Assembly: GCF_009914755.1 (NCBI RefSeq)
Contig: NC_060937.1
Length of the DNA: 64,000 nucleotides
Strand: one strand, 5' to 3'
Source of the DNA: the human T2T-CHM13v2.0 reference genome, Homo sapiens
Shown: positions 1 to 12,864 of the stretch, one piece after another
Layout: each line of letters opens with the position of its first letter
How positions within the stretch are numbered: position 1 is the first letter of the stretch
The notes under the pieces: model-generated
The model's database searches: none
Seen by the model: the letters and a program-made list of their open reading frames with translations, nothing else
What the model was told of the DNA's origin: nothing
Program-made: the position numbers and the translations under genes

Positions 1-599
1 TTGTTCAAGGGTCCACTATATTTTGTATTCCTATGATGCTAAAACGTCACTTTAATCAACTTACTCTTTCTATTCCCACTACTACCATCTATATTTCTTC
101 TTCGAGAAACTATTCTGGTAAAGTGCATTTATAGAGCTGCTGCAGCTCCAACAGACCTCCAATGGCCTAATGACACAATTTGCATGCCTGAAGAGGTAAT
201 CCAATGAGTTCTTCATGCTCTTACCTAGCAGTAAATTCCTGCTAGGTAACTTACTTTCCTGGTGAGTCCCCATTTCTCTCTCCCCCAAATCACAGTGCAA
301 TTTCCATAAGCTGCCTAAAATATTGTGGGCATAATTCCCATTAAATTCTACATCCCTATTAACTTCAGTCTTCAGAAGAAACCAGGTCATTCTTCATCAT
401 AAGAACCCATCCTTATTCAGCTTGGTAAGTCCTTTAGTGTGATGCTGTATTACCCACTCCCCAACCCTTTTCTATCCTTTCACTTTGACTTCTCAAATTC
501 ATGGGCCATCTTCAGCAAAGTCCTTTCTATTGTCAACCTTTTCAGTGAACTTCCCTTTTACCTTTTGGCTTTAACTGAAGTCCAAAGATACAGCTTCCT

Positions 600-2790
600 C
601 ATCCTCAAGCCACTAAGTCTGGAGATGAAACATTTTTTTCTGTTCTCCATTCCACTGCCACCATATTTCCTTTTCTTCTCTCTAAAACCCTCTCTAGTTT
701 CTTTGAAATTCAGGCCATAGACTATATAGGCTTTAACTTTCCTTGCTGTTATCAGCTGTCTTACAGGTCTTGGAAGGCTCATTCCTAGATTACAGCATCT
801 GACTTACTGTTCCTCTATCACTACTCTCTTGTATTTCTTTGGAAATTTCAATATCCACAAAAATAGTATATCTAAATCCCTGAACGTTCAGTTGCTTGAT
901 GTCTTCTTTCATCTATTCTCCCCAGCAACCCATAGAGTATAACTCTACCTTATCCATAATCTCAGATGCAAACTACTGTTTATTCTTCTAGCTCATCCCA
1001 TCTAGTATTTTGACAGTATGTGCTGTTTAACCCCGCAAGACTTCCAATCCATCGACTCTTGTATCTTTACACATTCCCTTAGCCCTTCATGTATTCTTCC
1101 CTCCTTACTTGGCTTAGATTCCTTTGCATTCACCCTCATTTCCCTTACAGCTCACTCCCTGTCCTAATTCCCTGGAAGAATCTCAACCAGCTGCTTTGCT
1201 TATACTCAAGTAGCTGAATATGCTTAAAGAAAGACATGCAACTATGCTGTTGACTCACTTTAAATTCAAGACCATTTATGTCAAGTGGGCCCTTGATCCT
1301 AGGCTCTTAACATGCACCAAGTTATGTAGATGATTGTTTCACTCTTTATCCTGTCTTCAAACCTCTCACACCTCTTTTCCCTTCCTTTGAGTTGGTAATT
1401 TACCTTCTAATCTAACTGAGATAGAAGAAAAAAATCAGAGAAGATGGTAAATTACCCATCTACCAGATTTTGTACCTGCACCTGTATATCAGCATACTGT
1501 TTTCTTGCAATAAATAGTGTTCTTGCTCCTATCTAAGGCCAATCCTCTACTTTTGTACTCCTTTCTCACAGACATTACTTCTTTGAATGGTCCCTCAACA
1601 GAATTTCCCCATTTACTTGGTCAAACGTATTATTCTGAACAGCCCATCATAAATCAACAACCACTACCACCACCAACCTTGCTTGACACCATAACCTCCT
1701 TCAGTACTGACCCATTTCTTTGCTCCCCTTTAAAGCCAAGATCTTTGGTCTCCACTTCCTCTCCTCTTTCTTCTTGAACCCACTAGAACCAGTCATTTAT
1801 CACTGTACTTTTAAAACTTTTATCACGGTATCTATGAGCTCCACATTGCCACATTCAATGAACAAGTTCCGTCTTCATTTTACTTGACCTATTGGCATCA
1901 TTTAACACATTTGATAATTACTGCCTTCTTGAAATACCATACTTCTTGGTTTCCTTTGCTGGTCCCTCCTCATCTTTTTCACTTATGTCACACCTCCTAG
2001 TGCTCGGTCCTCAGGCTTCCTTCTTTTCTCATACTTATTCTACATGTGATGCCATCTAGTTCTATGGCTTTAAAATCCACCTATAGGCTGACAATTCCCA
2101 AATTATATCTCTACCCTGAACATCCCTTTTGAGCTGTAGACTCATACTCATTGCCTACCTGATAACTCCATTTGGATTTTTAATAGGCATTTCAACTCAA
2201 TATATCACAAACTGAACTTTTGATTCCTCTGTCCACTCTATTACCACCATTAAACCTGCACCTTCATAGTCTTCTCTATCTCAGTAAATTATAAGTTCAT
2301 TTTTCTTGTTGTTCAGGCCAAAAACCCTGAGTTCATTAGCAGGGAGGTCTCTACAAGGATATAGAGCCCAAGGCAATTCAACTAGACTTGCCCAAGGCAA
2401 TAATAAAGGAGATCTTATTGTTGATGTTTCATAGGCCCTTTGAGAAATCCTTAACACTCCAAGGCTGCTGCCCCGATTGACCTACCCAAAGGATGAGCCA
2501 GAACCTTCACTCTTTTTCCATTACAAGCTGCATGCAGTTCTTTTGGCAAAGCCCATTGGCTCTACCTTTAAATTATACTGGAATCCAATCACTCCTTACC
2601 AATTCCAAATACTATCTTAGTAGAGAAGCCTTCCCTGATAACTCTCTTTCACCCTTGCCCTGCCTCATTTTTCTTGACAGCATCTATTACCACCGACATC
2701 TCATACACGTCTTTTCCATATCCTTCTACTAATGTAAGCTCCATGATGGCAGATGTCTAGAAGTGCCTGGCATATAACAGGTGTCTAATT
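600..2790 (+). mobile_element. Degenerate L2 (LINE2) fragments
   Basis: Pyrimidine-rich L2 ORF2 hallmarks (GGAAATTTCAATATCCAC, similar to GDFNIH; GGCTTTAAAATCCACCTATAGGCTGACAATTCCCAAA) and an L2 3' tail near 2730-2790. Confidence 0.7.
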
Positions 2791-2999
2791 ATAGTCTATC
2801 TCCACTCCAGTTTGCCCTTTTCTAACAGAATAATGCTCCAAAAGCACTATTCTGATCACGTCAACATCACAGCCAATCTTTCAATTCCATTTAGATGGCA
2901 TTTTCTTTAGGAGGTCTTTCTCGATCTTTCTGGGAAGATATGGTCTTTCTCTTTTTAGAAGAATTGTTTCAGTATTTCTATTATACCATTTTAGATAAA

Positions 3000-3205
3000 G
3001 GTATAGGTCTAGAGTAAGACAGAGCTAGTTTTAAATCTAGATTGCACTACTTATTAGCTTATTAGGAAAATTATTTCCAACCTGGGCCACAGATTCCTTA
3101 CTTATAAAATGGGAACAATATTAGTGCCTGCTTCATTAGGGTTATTGTGAAGACTAAATGAAATAATGCATGTAAAGCATTTAGCAAATTCCTGTCACAC
3201 AATGA
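3000..3205 (+). mobile_element. MIR SINE
   Basis: MIR core: TATAAAATGGG...GGTTATTGTGAAGACTAAATGAAATAATGCATGTAAAGCA. Confidence 0.8.
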
Positions 3206-3702
3206 ATAATCAACATATTTTTATTTTTATTATTTTCATTATTTTATAGTATCTTTCCCCATTAGAGTGTAAGCACCGGGAAGACAAATACAGTGTTTTA
3301 TTTATTTTTGTATTCCTTAAAGTATTTGATAAAGTAACCTAAAGAATAAAGAAAATTGGATTTATACAATAAAAATAAAGTAACTAGTACTTCTTGATCT
3401 CTATTTCTATAGCAACATAAATTGAAGAACTCTTGGATAATATTTATTTAAACCAAATATTCATAAAATTCATGCTGTAAAATTGGAAAAGTTTTAGTTT
3501 TTTTTCCCCAGACTTCTGTTGTGCAATGAAAAGAAAAATGAAAACAAACTACTGCCATCTACCGATAATTCATTAGAATTGCATAAATTAAGGAAACAGG
3601 CTTTAGAGACAACTCTTTTCAAACATGTTTTTAAGAGAAGTTAGAACATCATCAGAGACATCCAAAAAGAATTAATTGAATAATTAAAAATAAACTGTAT
3701 AC

Positions 3703-3788
3703 CTATTATACACCAGTACCGCTGAATCTGCTGACACTAGGGATTACTTCCTTTTCTGGCCAGGCAATGAGATTAGAGTTTCAGGGCA
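3703..3788 (-). other. CCDC122: Candidate 86-nt 5'UTR exon of CCDC122
   Basis: Minus-strand acceptor ctgttttctttctttttcag|TG at 3789/3788 and donor TAG|gtatac at 3703/3702, in unique sequence. Confidence 0.55.
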
Positions 3789-4184
3789 CTGAAAAAGAAA
3801 GAAAACAGAGGGTTTGTACTGTTCCTTACCTCCTTATCCAAGATAATAATAGGCAACATTCATACATTATCCACACTGCTTCTAGGTTTCTACCAAAGGA
3901 GGGGCTTTGCTGAATGTATAGACAGTACTGGACTACCAAAACATCTCTTGTTTTGGAGTGTAGACATTAAGGGGTTGGTCTGCAGCTCAAATCCAAGCTT
4001 TAAAGGATGTCCAGGCAACTGTTTCGAAAAGATTTCTACCTCTGGGACAGAAGTTATATAGACCTTTGGTGAAATCCAGTTATAACCTACCTGCTTGTCT
4101 CATTCAGAGAGGCAAGGGGCAAGGTCTTTTATTTCCTCCCCCTCTAAACAAGTAAACATGATTTCCAAACCAAGAGGAACTTTA

Positions 4185-5097
4185 TAGTGGGTTAAATAGT
4201 GCCCTCCCGCACATCCAAAGATATATCCATGTCCTAACTCCCAGAACATGTAAATGTGACCTTATTTTGAAAAAGGAGTTTTGCAGATTTAACTGGGTTA
4301 AAGATCTTGAGATGAGATCATCCTGGATTTAGGGTAGGTGACTGAATATGCAAATGGACAATGGCCAGACCATATGTAAAAACAGAACTCTGACCCACAA
4401 CCTGCAGCAAGCAACCCAGGAGACTAACCCATTATCTACAGTAACCAGTCCAGGAAGTCTATAAATTAGACTTGTAGAAAGTTAAATCATTATCTCTAAT
4501 AACAATCCTAGGAGACAAACTATAACAATTGTCCCAAATGACCAGTACTGGATTAATAACTGGCATCTTCCCTAACTTTTGTCCCCATTTCCAAGTTGAG
4601 ACTAACAAAAAGAAGCCATAGAATGCTCCACTTCTAGTTAGCCTGCCTGCAGCTTCCTCATGCTGAGAGCCTCTAATCAGGGCATGCCCACTCCTCTGCC
4701 TGCCTTCAACTTTGCTAAAATGCAGGAGATTGTGGCTCCCTCCCTTACAAGGCCTGAATAAATAGCTTTTGCTTGTTCTCATTTGATTGATCTTCATTTA
4801 TTTCTACACAAGAATCCTTATAAGAGAAAGGTAGAGGGCTACTTGAGACTCAGACCCACATGGAATAAGACCATTTGACGATGGAGGCATGGAGCTTGAA
4901 GTCACTTAGCCCCTAGGCAAAGAACACCTGAAGTCACCAGACAACACAAGAGGTAAGTGAACCACCAAAAGGTGCAAGGTGCTGTCAACACCTCAGTTTC
5001 ATCATCTGGCCTCTGTAACTGTGAGAGAACAAGTTTTTGTTGTTTTTAGTCACCCAGTTAGTGCCAATTTATTATGCTAGCCCTAGGAAACTAACAG
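4185..5097 (+). mobile_element. MLT1-type MaLR LTR interrupted (~4340-4810) by an ERV1-class solo LTR (MER39-like)
   Basis: MLT1 motifs ATGTGACCTTATTTTGAAA...GAGATCATCCTGGATTTAGGG and GCCCTAGGAAACTAACA flank a distinct block AACAGAACTCTGACCCACAACCTGCAGCAA. Confidence 0.65.
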
Positions 5098-5697
5098 AAG
5101 CTTTTAGCAAGGAAATTTGCATCTGCTACATGGCTTTTTCTGGAAAGATCCATAAACCTTAGTGTAAATGGCTTAAAAACAACTGTTTTGTTCTTTAAAA
5201 TTATACTTGTTCTCATGAGAAGATTTACATAGCATTATAAAAATGTCTGGTGAGTTCTTCAATAGTTCCCTTAATAGCCAGGCACTATCTCTGCCCTCAA
5301 AACACTCTAGGCAGAAAGACACACAGTCAATTAAAATGGAGAGGCGCAGCAGCTTATGTCTAAGCCTATCTACACATAACCTCTAACCACTTAACTCACT
5401 CTATTACCTTTGTAAGTCATAAGTGACTAATTCCCATATCATGCTAGGAAACTGTTAACTAGTAAATCTGCCTATTTCTGCTCCTATCAATTGACTAGTT
5501 CAATCTTATGACTTACTTGTGTTTGTTTGCAAACCTGTTTTTGCCAGTTGTGCTTGATATTGTGCTTTCGTAACTTAATATTGTATAAACCAATGAAATA
5601 GTGTGGAAATTGTTGTTTCTTTAAAAATCTATGTTTAATATTTTGGAAAGACCCAACAAAAGTATGTGAGATTAACTGTAAAAGATTATAAAATATA

Positions 5698-5980
5698 GCG
5701 GTGGCTCATGCCTGTAATCCCAGCACTTTGGGAGGCTGAGGCAGGCAGATCAAGAGAGGTCAGGAGTTCGAGACCATCCTGGCCAACATGGTGAAACCCC
5801 GTCTCTACTAAAAATACAAAAATTAGCCGGGCGTGGTGGTGCACGCCTGTAATCCTAGCTACTTGGGAGGCTAAGGCAGGAGAATCACTTGAACCCTGTG
5901 GAGGTTGCAGTGAGCCGAGATCGCACCACTGTACTACAGCCTGGCGACAGAGCGAGACTTCATCTCAAAAAAGAAAAAAA
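5698..5980 (+). mobile_element. Alu (AluS-like)
   Basis: Dimeric Alu consensus with A-tail. Confidence 0.95.
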
Positions 5981-6639
5981 TTACAAAGTATAAATCTGCC
6001 CTCAGATTGCTTCACAGGTGCCTTTAAGTTATTTTCCCCTTAAAAGAACAAAATCTTGGGAAATCTTAGCTGATGGTTTATGGGTACGGTTTATGCAAGA
6101 GATAGTATGCAGAATTCCAATCAGTAGACTACATGCAAAGAAAAGGTCTTGGATCTTCTCAATAGATGGGCAAATGAACACACAGTTGTTTTAGGTTAGA
6201 ATACAGTTTAAGGTATTTGTTATATTTTTTCATGATTCTGTGGTTTAACTGACCTTTTTTCTTTTAAAAAAAGCCTTTTTTAGATATAATTTACATACCA
6301 CAAAGTACATCCTTATAAAGTGTACAATTCAATATTTAACCATTTTTTCCACTTATTTCTTGGCTAGGGGCCCAGACTACATCTATGAGAGGGCTTCTTC
6401 ATATGAACAAAATGTAAAGAAGCTATTAATTTTGCTTGATGAGGGATGGGGATTCAGGGAAGATTATGTTTGAGCTTGAAGAGCCTTGAACAAAAAGTAG
6501 CAGTTAGGCATATAAAAAGGAGGGTATTTTGCTAAGTAGAGGAATTGCAAATGTAAAGAATGAAATCAAGTGGCCTCCAAAGAACAGCTTTTATTTGAGT
6601 GGCTTGGGAATAGGGTGTTTTTATTTTTTCAAACTTAAT

Positions 6640-6820
6640 TATGCATCTAACTCATACATAGAGGTTAAAACAAAACAAAAAAGCAAAGCAAAACATGCTC
6701 AGGCCTAACTCCTAGAGATTCTGATTCAATGTATATTTGGGATAGAGTCTCTACATTAATTATTTTTTTTTTCAGTTGCACTTGCAGTTCTGATTTGCAG
6801 CCAAGACTGAGAACCACTGG
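6640..6820. mobile_element. MER5-like hAT MITE remnant
   Basis: CCTAGAGATTCTGATTCA and GCAGCCAAGACTGAGAACCACTG motifs. Confidence 0.55.
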
Positions 6821-7076
6821 AGTAGGATAGAGTGAAAATGGGATGAGGAAGTGTTAGGACATGACACTAGGACCAGATGGTGAAAGGAAATGGTATGCAA
6901 ATACAATATAACAAACTCTCTTCCCTGACAACTTCATTCTTTTGAAATATTTTCTTTTTCATTTTTTTTTTACTGCCACTACTTTTGCATGAAAGAATAC
7001 GAATCCCACCATTGTAAAAACAGAGATAAATGTTTAAAACCTTTGTAACTAAAAGACCTCTGTTTTGCTTGAGGTA

Positions 7077-7147
7077 TTAAGCTGGTGCAAAAGTAATTGT
7101 GGTCTTTGTCAATGGCAAAAACCGCAATTACCTTTGCACCAATCTAA
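7077..7147. mobile_element. MADE1 (Hsmar1 mariner MITE)
   Basis: TTAAGCTGGTGCAAAAGTAATTG...GCAATTACCTTTGCACCAATCTAA palindromic TIRs preceded by TA. Confidence 0.9.
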
Positions 7148-8491
7148 TGATATTTAACATAAACAAACTCAGGGCAGAGTGCACCTTCTGATTGGGTGTA
7201 CCATCTACCGCTCGGGGCTCTTTAACAAATGACCAAAGAAAACATGAATTTTGACATAACTGGTGCTAGGGTTATTGAAGGGTGGGTTTCCATTCTGGGT
7301 TAGTGCTCCCAGTCTCTAGTCAAGCACAAGAACATGCCTACCCCAGAGGGCTCTTCCAAATTCCCAGCTATCTGAGATTATGAGACAAAGGTTCTTTAGC
7401 GCCTACCAAATGAGCAACAATGAAGATAAAAGGGACCTCTCCTTCCATCATAACCAGTTCCCCAGGAAGCACCATTTCTCTTACTCTTGGAAGGTCGGAT
7501 ATTTTTTCCCTTTACCATACACTGGCCTTCCATGTCCTAACTGCTATTTTCAAATAAATGAACGTTATATTCTTGGAGGACAGATCAGGGATGCTAAACT
7601 GCACCTTTATCATGATTTTAGGGATGAGCGCCTTTTACTTAAGTCCTGCTAGTGGCACATATTTTAAAAGGCCATAGAGGACATCCGTGTTGTCAACACA
7701 AGTGAAGGCGCTCGGAAGAGTGTTGGTCAGCAAGAATCAGCACAAAGACATTGGAGGAGAGACAACAGCTTGTTTCTGGAAACAAATGAACAACAAAAAA
7801 ACACTAAAACATCTCGAGGGGGCCCCTGACTTGAGCCCTGCATGGGAAAAGCTGCCAAGAGCTAGCATGACAAGGGACTGGCCCTGGGCTGCGGTGAGGA
7901 AACCCAGCGTCCTGACCACACTGCTGGGTCAGCGAGGCGTCCCTCAGAGACCGGAAACGCGGACTTCAGCTCGCTTGGGAAACGGCTTCCATTAGCAGAA
8001 GGGAGACTGCGGTTTAGTCCCGAGGTCGCTCCAGCAGCCCGGCCTCACGCGACCCACCATTCCCGCCGCCCCCTCACGGTGCCCGCCGTTCCCGCCGCCC
8101 GGCTTTCTAACCGGGCCCCTAGTTCCCCGCCCCGTGCCCTCTGGAGACCTGCAGCTCCTGCCGCCCTGCGCCCGCTCCCAGGGCCCGTCGTTCCGCCGCC
8201 CTATCCCTCCTCAAGGGGCCCCTAGCTGCCTCCTCGCGACCCTTTCCGGACTCGGCCTGCCCACTCCTGCCCGCTAACCCGCCTGGCTCCCGGGCGAGAG
8301 CCCTCGCGCGGCTCTGGTTCCTGTTCCTCTAACGCCGCCGGGGCTGCGGGATGCCGACTCCGCGGACCGCCCAGACCCGGAACTGCTGAGGCAGCAGCGG
8401 GCTCGCGGCGCTTGGCTCATCCCGGGATTCCCCAGCTCTCGCGCTGGGCCCGCCGCGTTCGCACCAAGCACGCCAGGCGGCCCTGGCCTAC

Positions 8492-8600
8492 CTCCCTCCC
8501 GCCTCCCAGCAGCTGGCACGAGGGAACCTGGCCGTCAGGTTTCCCCTGGGATCCTGGGACGGTATCAGGCGGGGAATCTGTGCGGCCGCGGCGAGGTGGG
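8492..8600 (-). other. CCDC122: Candidate non-coding first exon of CCDC122
   Basis: Minus-strand donor GAG|GTAGGC at 8492/8491 inside the CpG island. The TSS cannot be determined from sequence. The gene name comes from known synteny. Confidence 0.45.
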
Positions 8601-8764
8601 TGAGGTGAGGCGGGGCGAGGTGGGCGAGGTGAGGCGGGGCGAGGTGGGCGAGGTGGGCGAGGTGAGGCGGGGCGAGGCGGGGCGAGGCGGGGCGAGGCGA
8701 GGCGGGGCGAGGCGGGGCGAGGCGGGGCGAGGTGGGCGAGGTGGGCGAGGTGAGGCGGGGCGGG
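8590..8764 (+). repeat. GC-rich compound tandem repeat built from GGCGA/GGCGG/GGTG/GGTGA units
   Basis: Directly visible. Composite units are GGCGAGGTG, GGCGAGGCGG and GGCGAGGTGAGGCGG. Confidence 0.95.
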
Positions 8765-9869
8765 TGTCGTCGCGCTGGGCCGAGCTTACGACTCCAGCTG
8801 ACCCGCTCGCGGCTGCCCAATTTCGTTGAGGCTCAGGACGAGGGACGGGGCGGCAAATTGTCACAGAGGTCGCCGTAGACCGGTGTGCAACCGAAGGTGA
8901 AGAGCGGGAAGGCGAGGACCGAATCGCCTCTGGTGTGCGTTGTCCGACAGGAAGTCCCGAATGGGCTGTGAGCCGCCGGTGGAGGTGCCCGGGCAGGTGC
9001 AGAGCCACAGCCTGCGCCCCGTGAGCCGAGGCGGGTAGGAGGAACAGGGACCTGGCGGCGACACACGTTGGGCGGAAATTCACAATGAACAGGGAAGGGG
9101 GACGGTCACCCACTCAAAACTGGCTAAATGAACCTCAGAGGGAGCCCCGAGCGATGGGGAGCAAAGGTTAGGGGAAGCGGCAGGAGAAAACCTTCTTGGG
9201 GCAAAGGGCGTCACCAAAGGGGGTCACCGGAGACCCGCAGGTTGGGGTGGGAGGGCTGGGCTGGAGGTGAGCAAAGCTGCACGGGGAGAATGAATTAAGA
9301 AAGTTGAGAGGAAGCCTGTCTCATCCAAATCACTATAGCTTTTGTGGTCATTGCTAAGTGTGGAGTACTGCGCAAATCCTGAAGGGAACTCTATTAGCCA
9401 TCTCAGCTTTTATCATCTTAAAACGCGAATTTCGCGTGCAGCTCCATTTAGCTTCGTAAACTTAAGCCCCCGCATATGAAAGGATGAGACCTAATATGAC
9501 AATCATGTCAGGACTAATGATATATCACACAGGTTGACACTCTGCAATTTAAAAACAGGACTTTGTCTAAACTCCACAAGTAATTCCTTACTCAAAAGTT
9601 CTGTGTAAACAAAACAGAGGAACTGTCGTGCTGCTGGAAAGATGTACCAGCATTTTCACAAAACGAATTAAAAGATGGCTTTGCTTTCACTGTCATGGTT
9701 CTGTTGTGACAGAGTAGACTGGCTTTTCTGGGAGGGGCCTAGATTTACTATTTTAGTTACATTTTAAAATCAGTGTAATTACTTCGTTTTTAATCTACCA
9801 CAAATTTCTGTTGTAACTATAAGATTTATATAATCTTATATTCTTACACTAATTTTTATTTGCAGGTGA

Positions 9870-10523
<654 letters not shown>

Positions 10524-11064
10524 TAGTTCACCTCTTTTTTTCCTCCTTTCTTTTGTTGACTGTTGTGGGCTGATTACTCATTAGCATCAGTGGCAACACA
10601 GAGGTGTCATGTTTGGCCCTGTAGTATCAGGGGTGTCAAGGGATAAAGCCTTCAAAGCCACCCCAAATAAATAAATTTGCTTTACAAAAATTTGATGTTG
10701 AGACAAATAATCTAGCCCTCCTTTGCAATGAGATTTATGACACTGAAAATCTTCTATTTAGAAATTCTGAAATTTCAAATCATTGGCACCTTCATAGAAG
10801 AGTAAAATTTAAAACAATCAATCTTACTTCTTGGTTAAACAGTATTTTCTGTGAGCTATATGCTATTAGATATAACAAAGCCAGATGAGACACAATATAC
10901 CTTTTGAAGAGCAACAATCTCATAGGGAGTGTAAAACAAACACAAAGCAGAATGCCATAAGAACATATGGAGGTACAAAATGCCATAGAAATTAGAAGCC
11001 AAATAACAAGGGCAGGTAGCAGTGATCAGGGAAGGTCTAATTGAGAGACTGGTATTTTGAATAG

Positions 11065-11298
<234 letters not shown>

Positions 11299-11454
11299 TG
11301 AAAGATCTAAAGTATATTTTTTACTTTGCTAGTAACTACATGGACTTTAAGCTATTTAACTTTTGTATCTGCTTTTTTATCTAAAGTTTTAGAATAATGC
11401 TGTGGTTGTCTTTCTTAGATTTATACACCATAGCCTAAAGATAAGTTCTATTTT

Positions 11455-11478
11455 ATACACACACACACACACGTGCAG

Positions 11479-11509
<31 letters not shown>

Positions 11510-11516
11510 CACATAT
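11455..11516. repeat. (CA)n/(TA)n compound microsatellite
   Basis: Directly visible. Confidence 0.9.
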
Positions 11517-12107
11517 AGTAAGTCATCCTTTAATGTTGATAGGTTCTTAGAAATTGTGACTTTAAGTGAAACGACATAATAAAACCAATTTTACCATAGG
11601 CTAATTGATATAAATAAGAATAAAGTTTCTAAGGCATATTTCTTGTCACAAAAACATCACCAAACTTCTAAATAAAGACCAACACATTCCTAGTATTAAA
11701 CATTGAAATAAATGTGAGCTAGACATATATTTACAAAACAGTAAGAAAAACAAATAAGATAACTACCAAATTATTTCGGTTCAGGGCTTTAGGTAGCTGG
11801 AGTCTATTCTGGCAGATCAGGATGCAAGGCCACAACCCACCCTCGACAGGACACCATTCCATTGCAGGGTGCCCTTACACACACACACACGTACTCATGC
11901 TGGGACCATGTAGACACCCCAATTCATCTAACATGCACTTCTTTGGGATGTGGGAGGAAGCTGGAGTACCCAGAGAAAACCCATGTGGACGTGAGGAGAA
12001 GGTGCAAACCTCACACAGTCAGTGACCGGGTGGGTAATCAATTTTTTTCATTAACATTATAATGAAATGATGTGGAATAAAATGACATTATTCAAGAGCC
12101 TACTGTA
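11515..12107 (+). mobile_element. MER82-like Tigger DNA transposon
   Basis: GATAGGTTCTTAGAAATTGTGACTTTAAGTGAAACGAC start, internal GGGATGTGGGAGGAAGCTGGAGTACCCAGAGAAAACCCA, and CTACTGTA end. Confidence 0.75.
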
Positions 12108-12687
12108 TATTTCATCTGGAGTCCTCAATTCTAAAAGTACAGTTAATTCTCAGAGAGTATACTACCACTGCTCTTTTTGATTTAGAAGAAAGGGAACTGA
12201 ATGGTGGTAGAGAAAGGCCATTATTTTATAAATCTACTCCAGGAGGAACTAGGGTCATAGTTGATGAGATAATGTCTTGTTCCTTACAGAATTCTAGCTT
12301 TACTTGAGTCTTGGAAAAGTAAAAGTATCATTGATTTGTTAATTAACTTTCCTTTACAAGAAAAATTTTCATTTTGTAGAAAGTGCTATAAGAAATGATA
12401 TACCTATCTTTATGGAAAGATGTTCATTATTCACTATATTGAATTTTATAATGTTAAACTCTGCTTTTCTTTGCATAAACTATCAGAGATTATAATACTA
12501 AAATCTTAAATAGTTAAATTATAAGTAAATTTTGTGTTTTCCCATATATAAAAGTGATATATTTAATGAATGCTAGTAATCTTAAACTGGTTATATAATT
12601 TTATACTACAATGAGTACCTTCGAGAAAGCTTATGGTATAAGAAATACTATTTCCAAAACATTTTTGTTGCACATTTTTGGTATTAG

Positions 12688-12864
<177 letters not shown>

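Larger units (their letters stand above)
7880..9250. promoter_or_regulatory. CpG island / bidirectional promoter of LACC1 (+) and CCDC122 (-)
   Basis: Sharp rise in GC and CpG content. GC boxes, ETS site CAGGAAGT at 8948-8955, kB-like GGGATTCCCC at 8424-8433. The head-to-head LACC1/CCDC122 layout is established knowledge. Confidence 0.88.

Noticed and set aside
82-390. 102-aa minus-strand ORF as a possible CCDC122 coding exon
   Set aside because: No coiled-coil character or convincing splice sites. CCDC122 coding exons probably lie left of the window.
8274-9113. Pro/Arg/Gly-rich ORFs on both strands (up to 182 aa)
   Set aside because: These are by-products of the stop-poor CpG island and tandem repeat, with low-complexity translations and no family motif.
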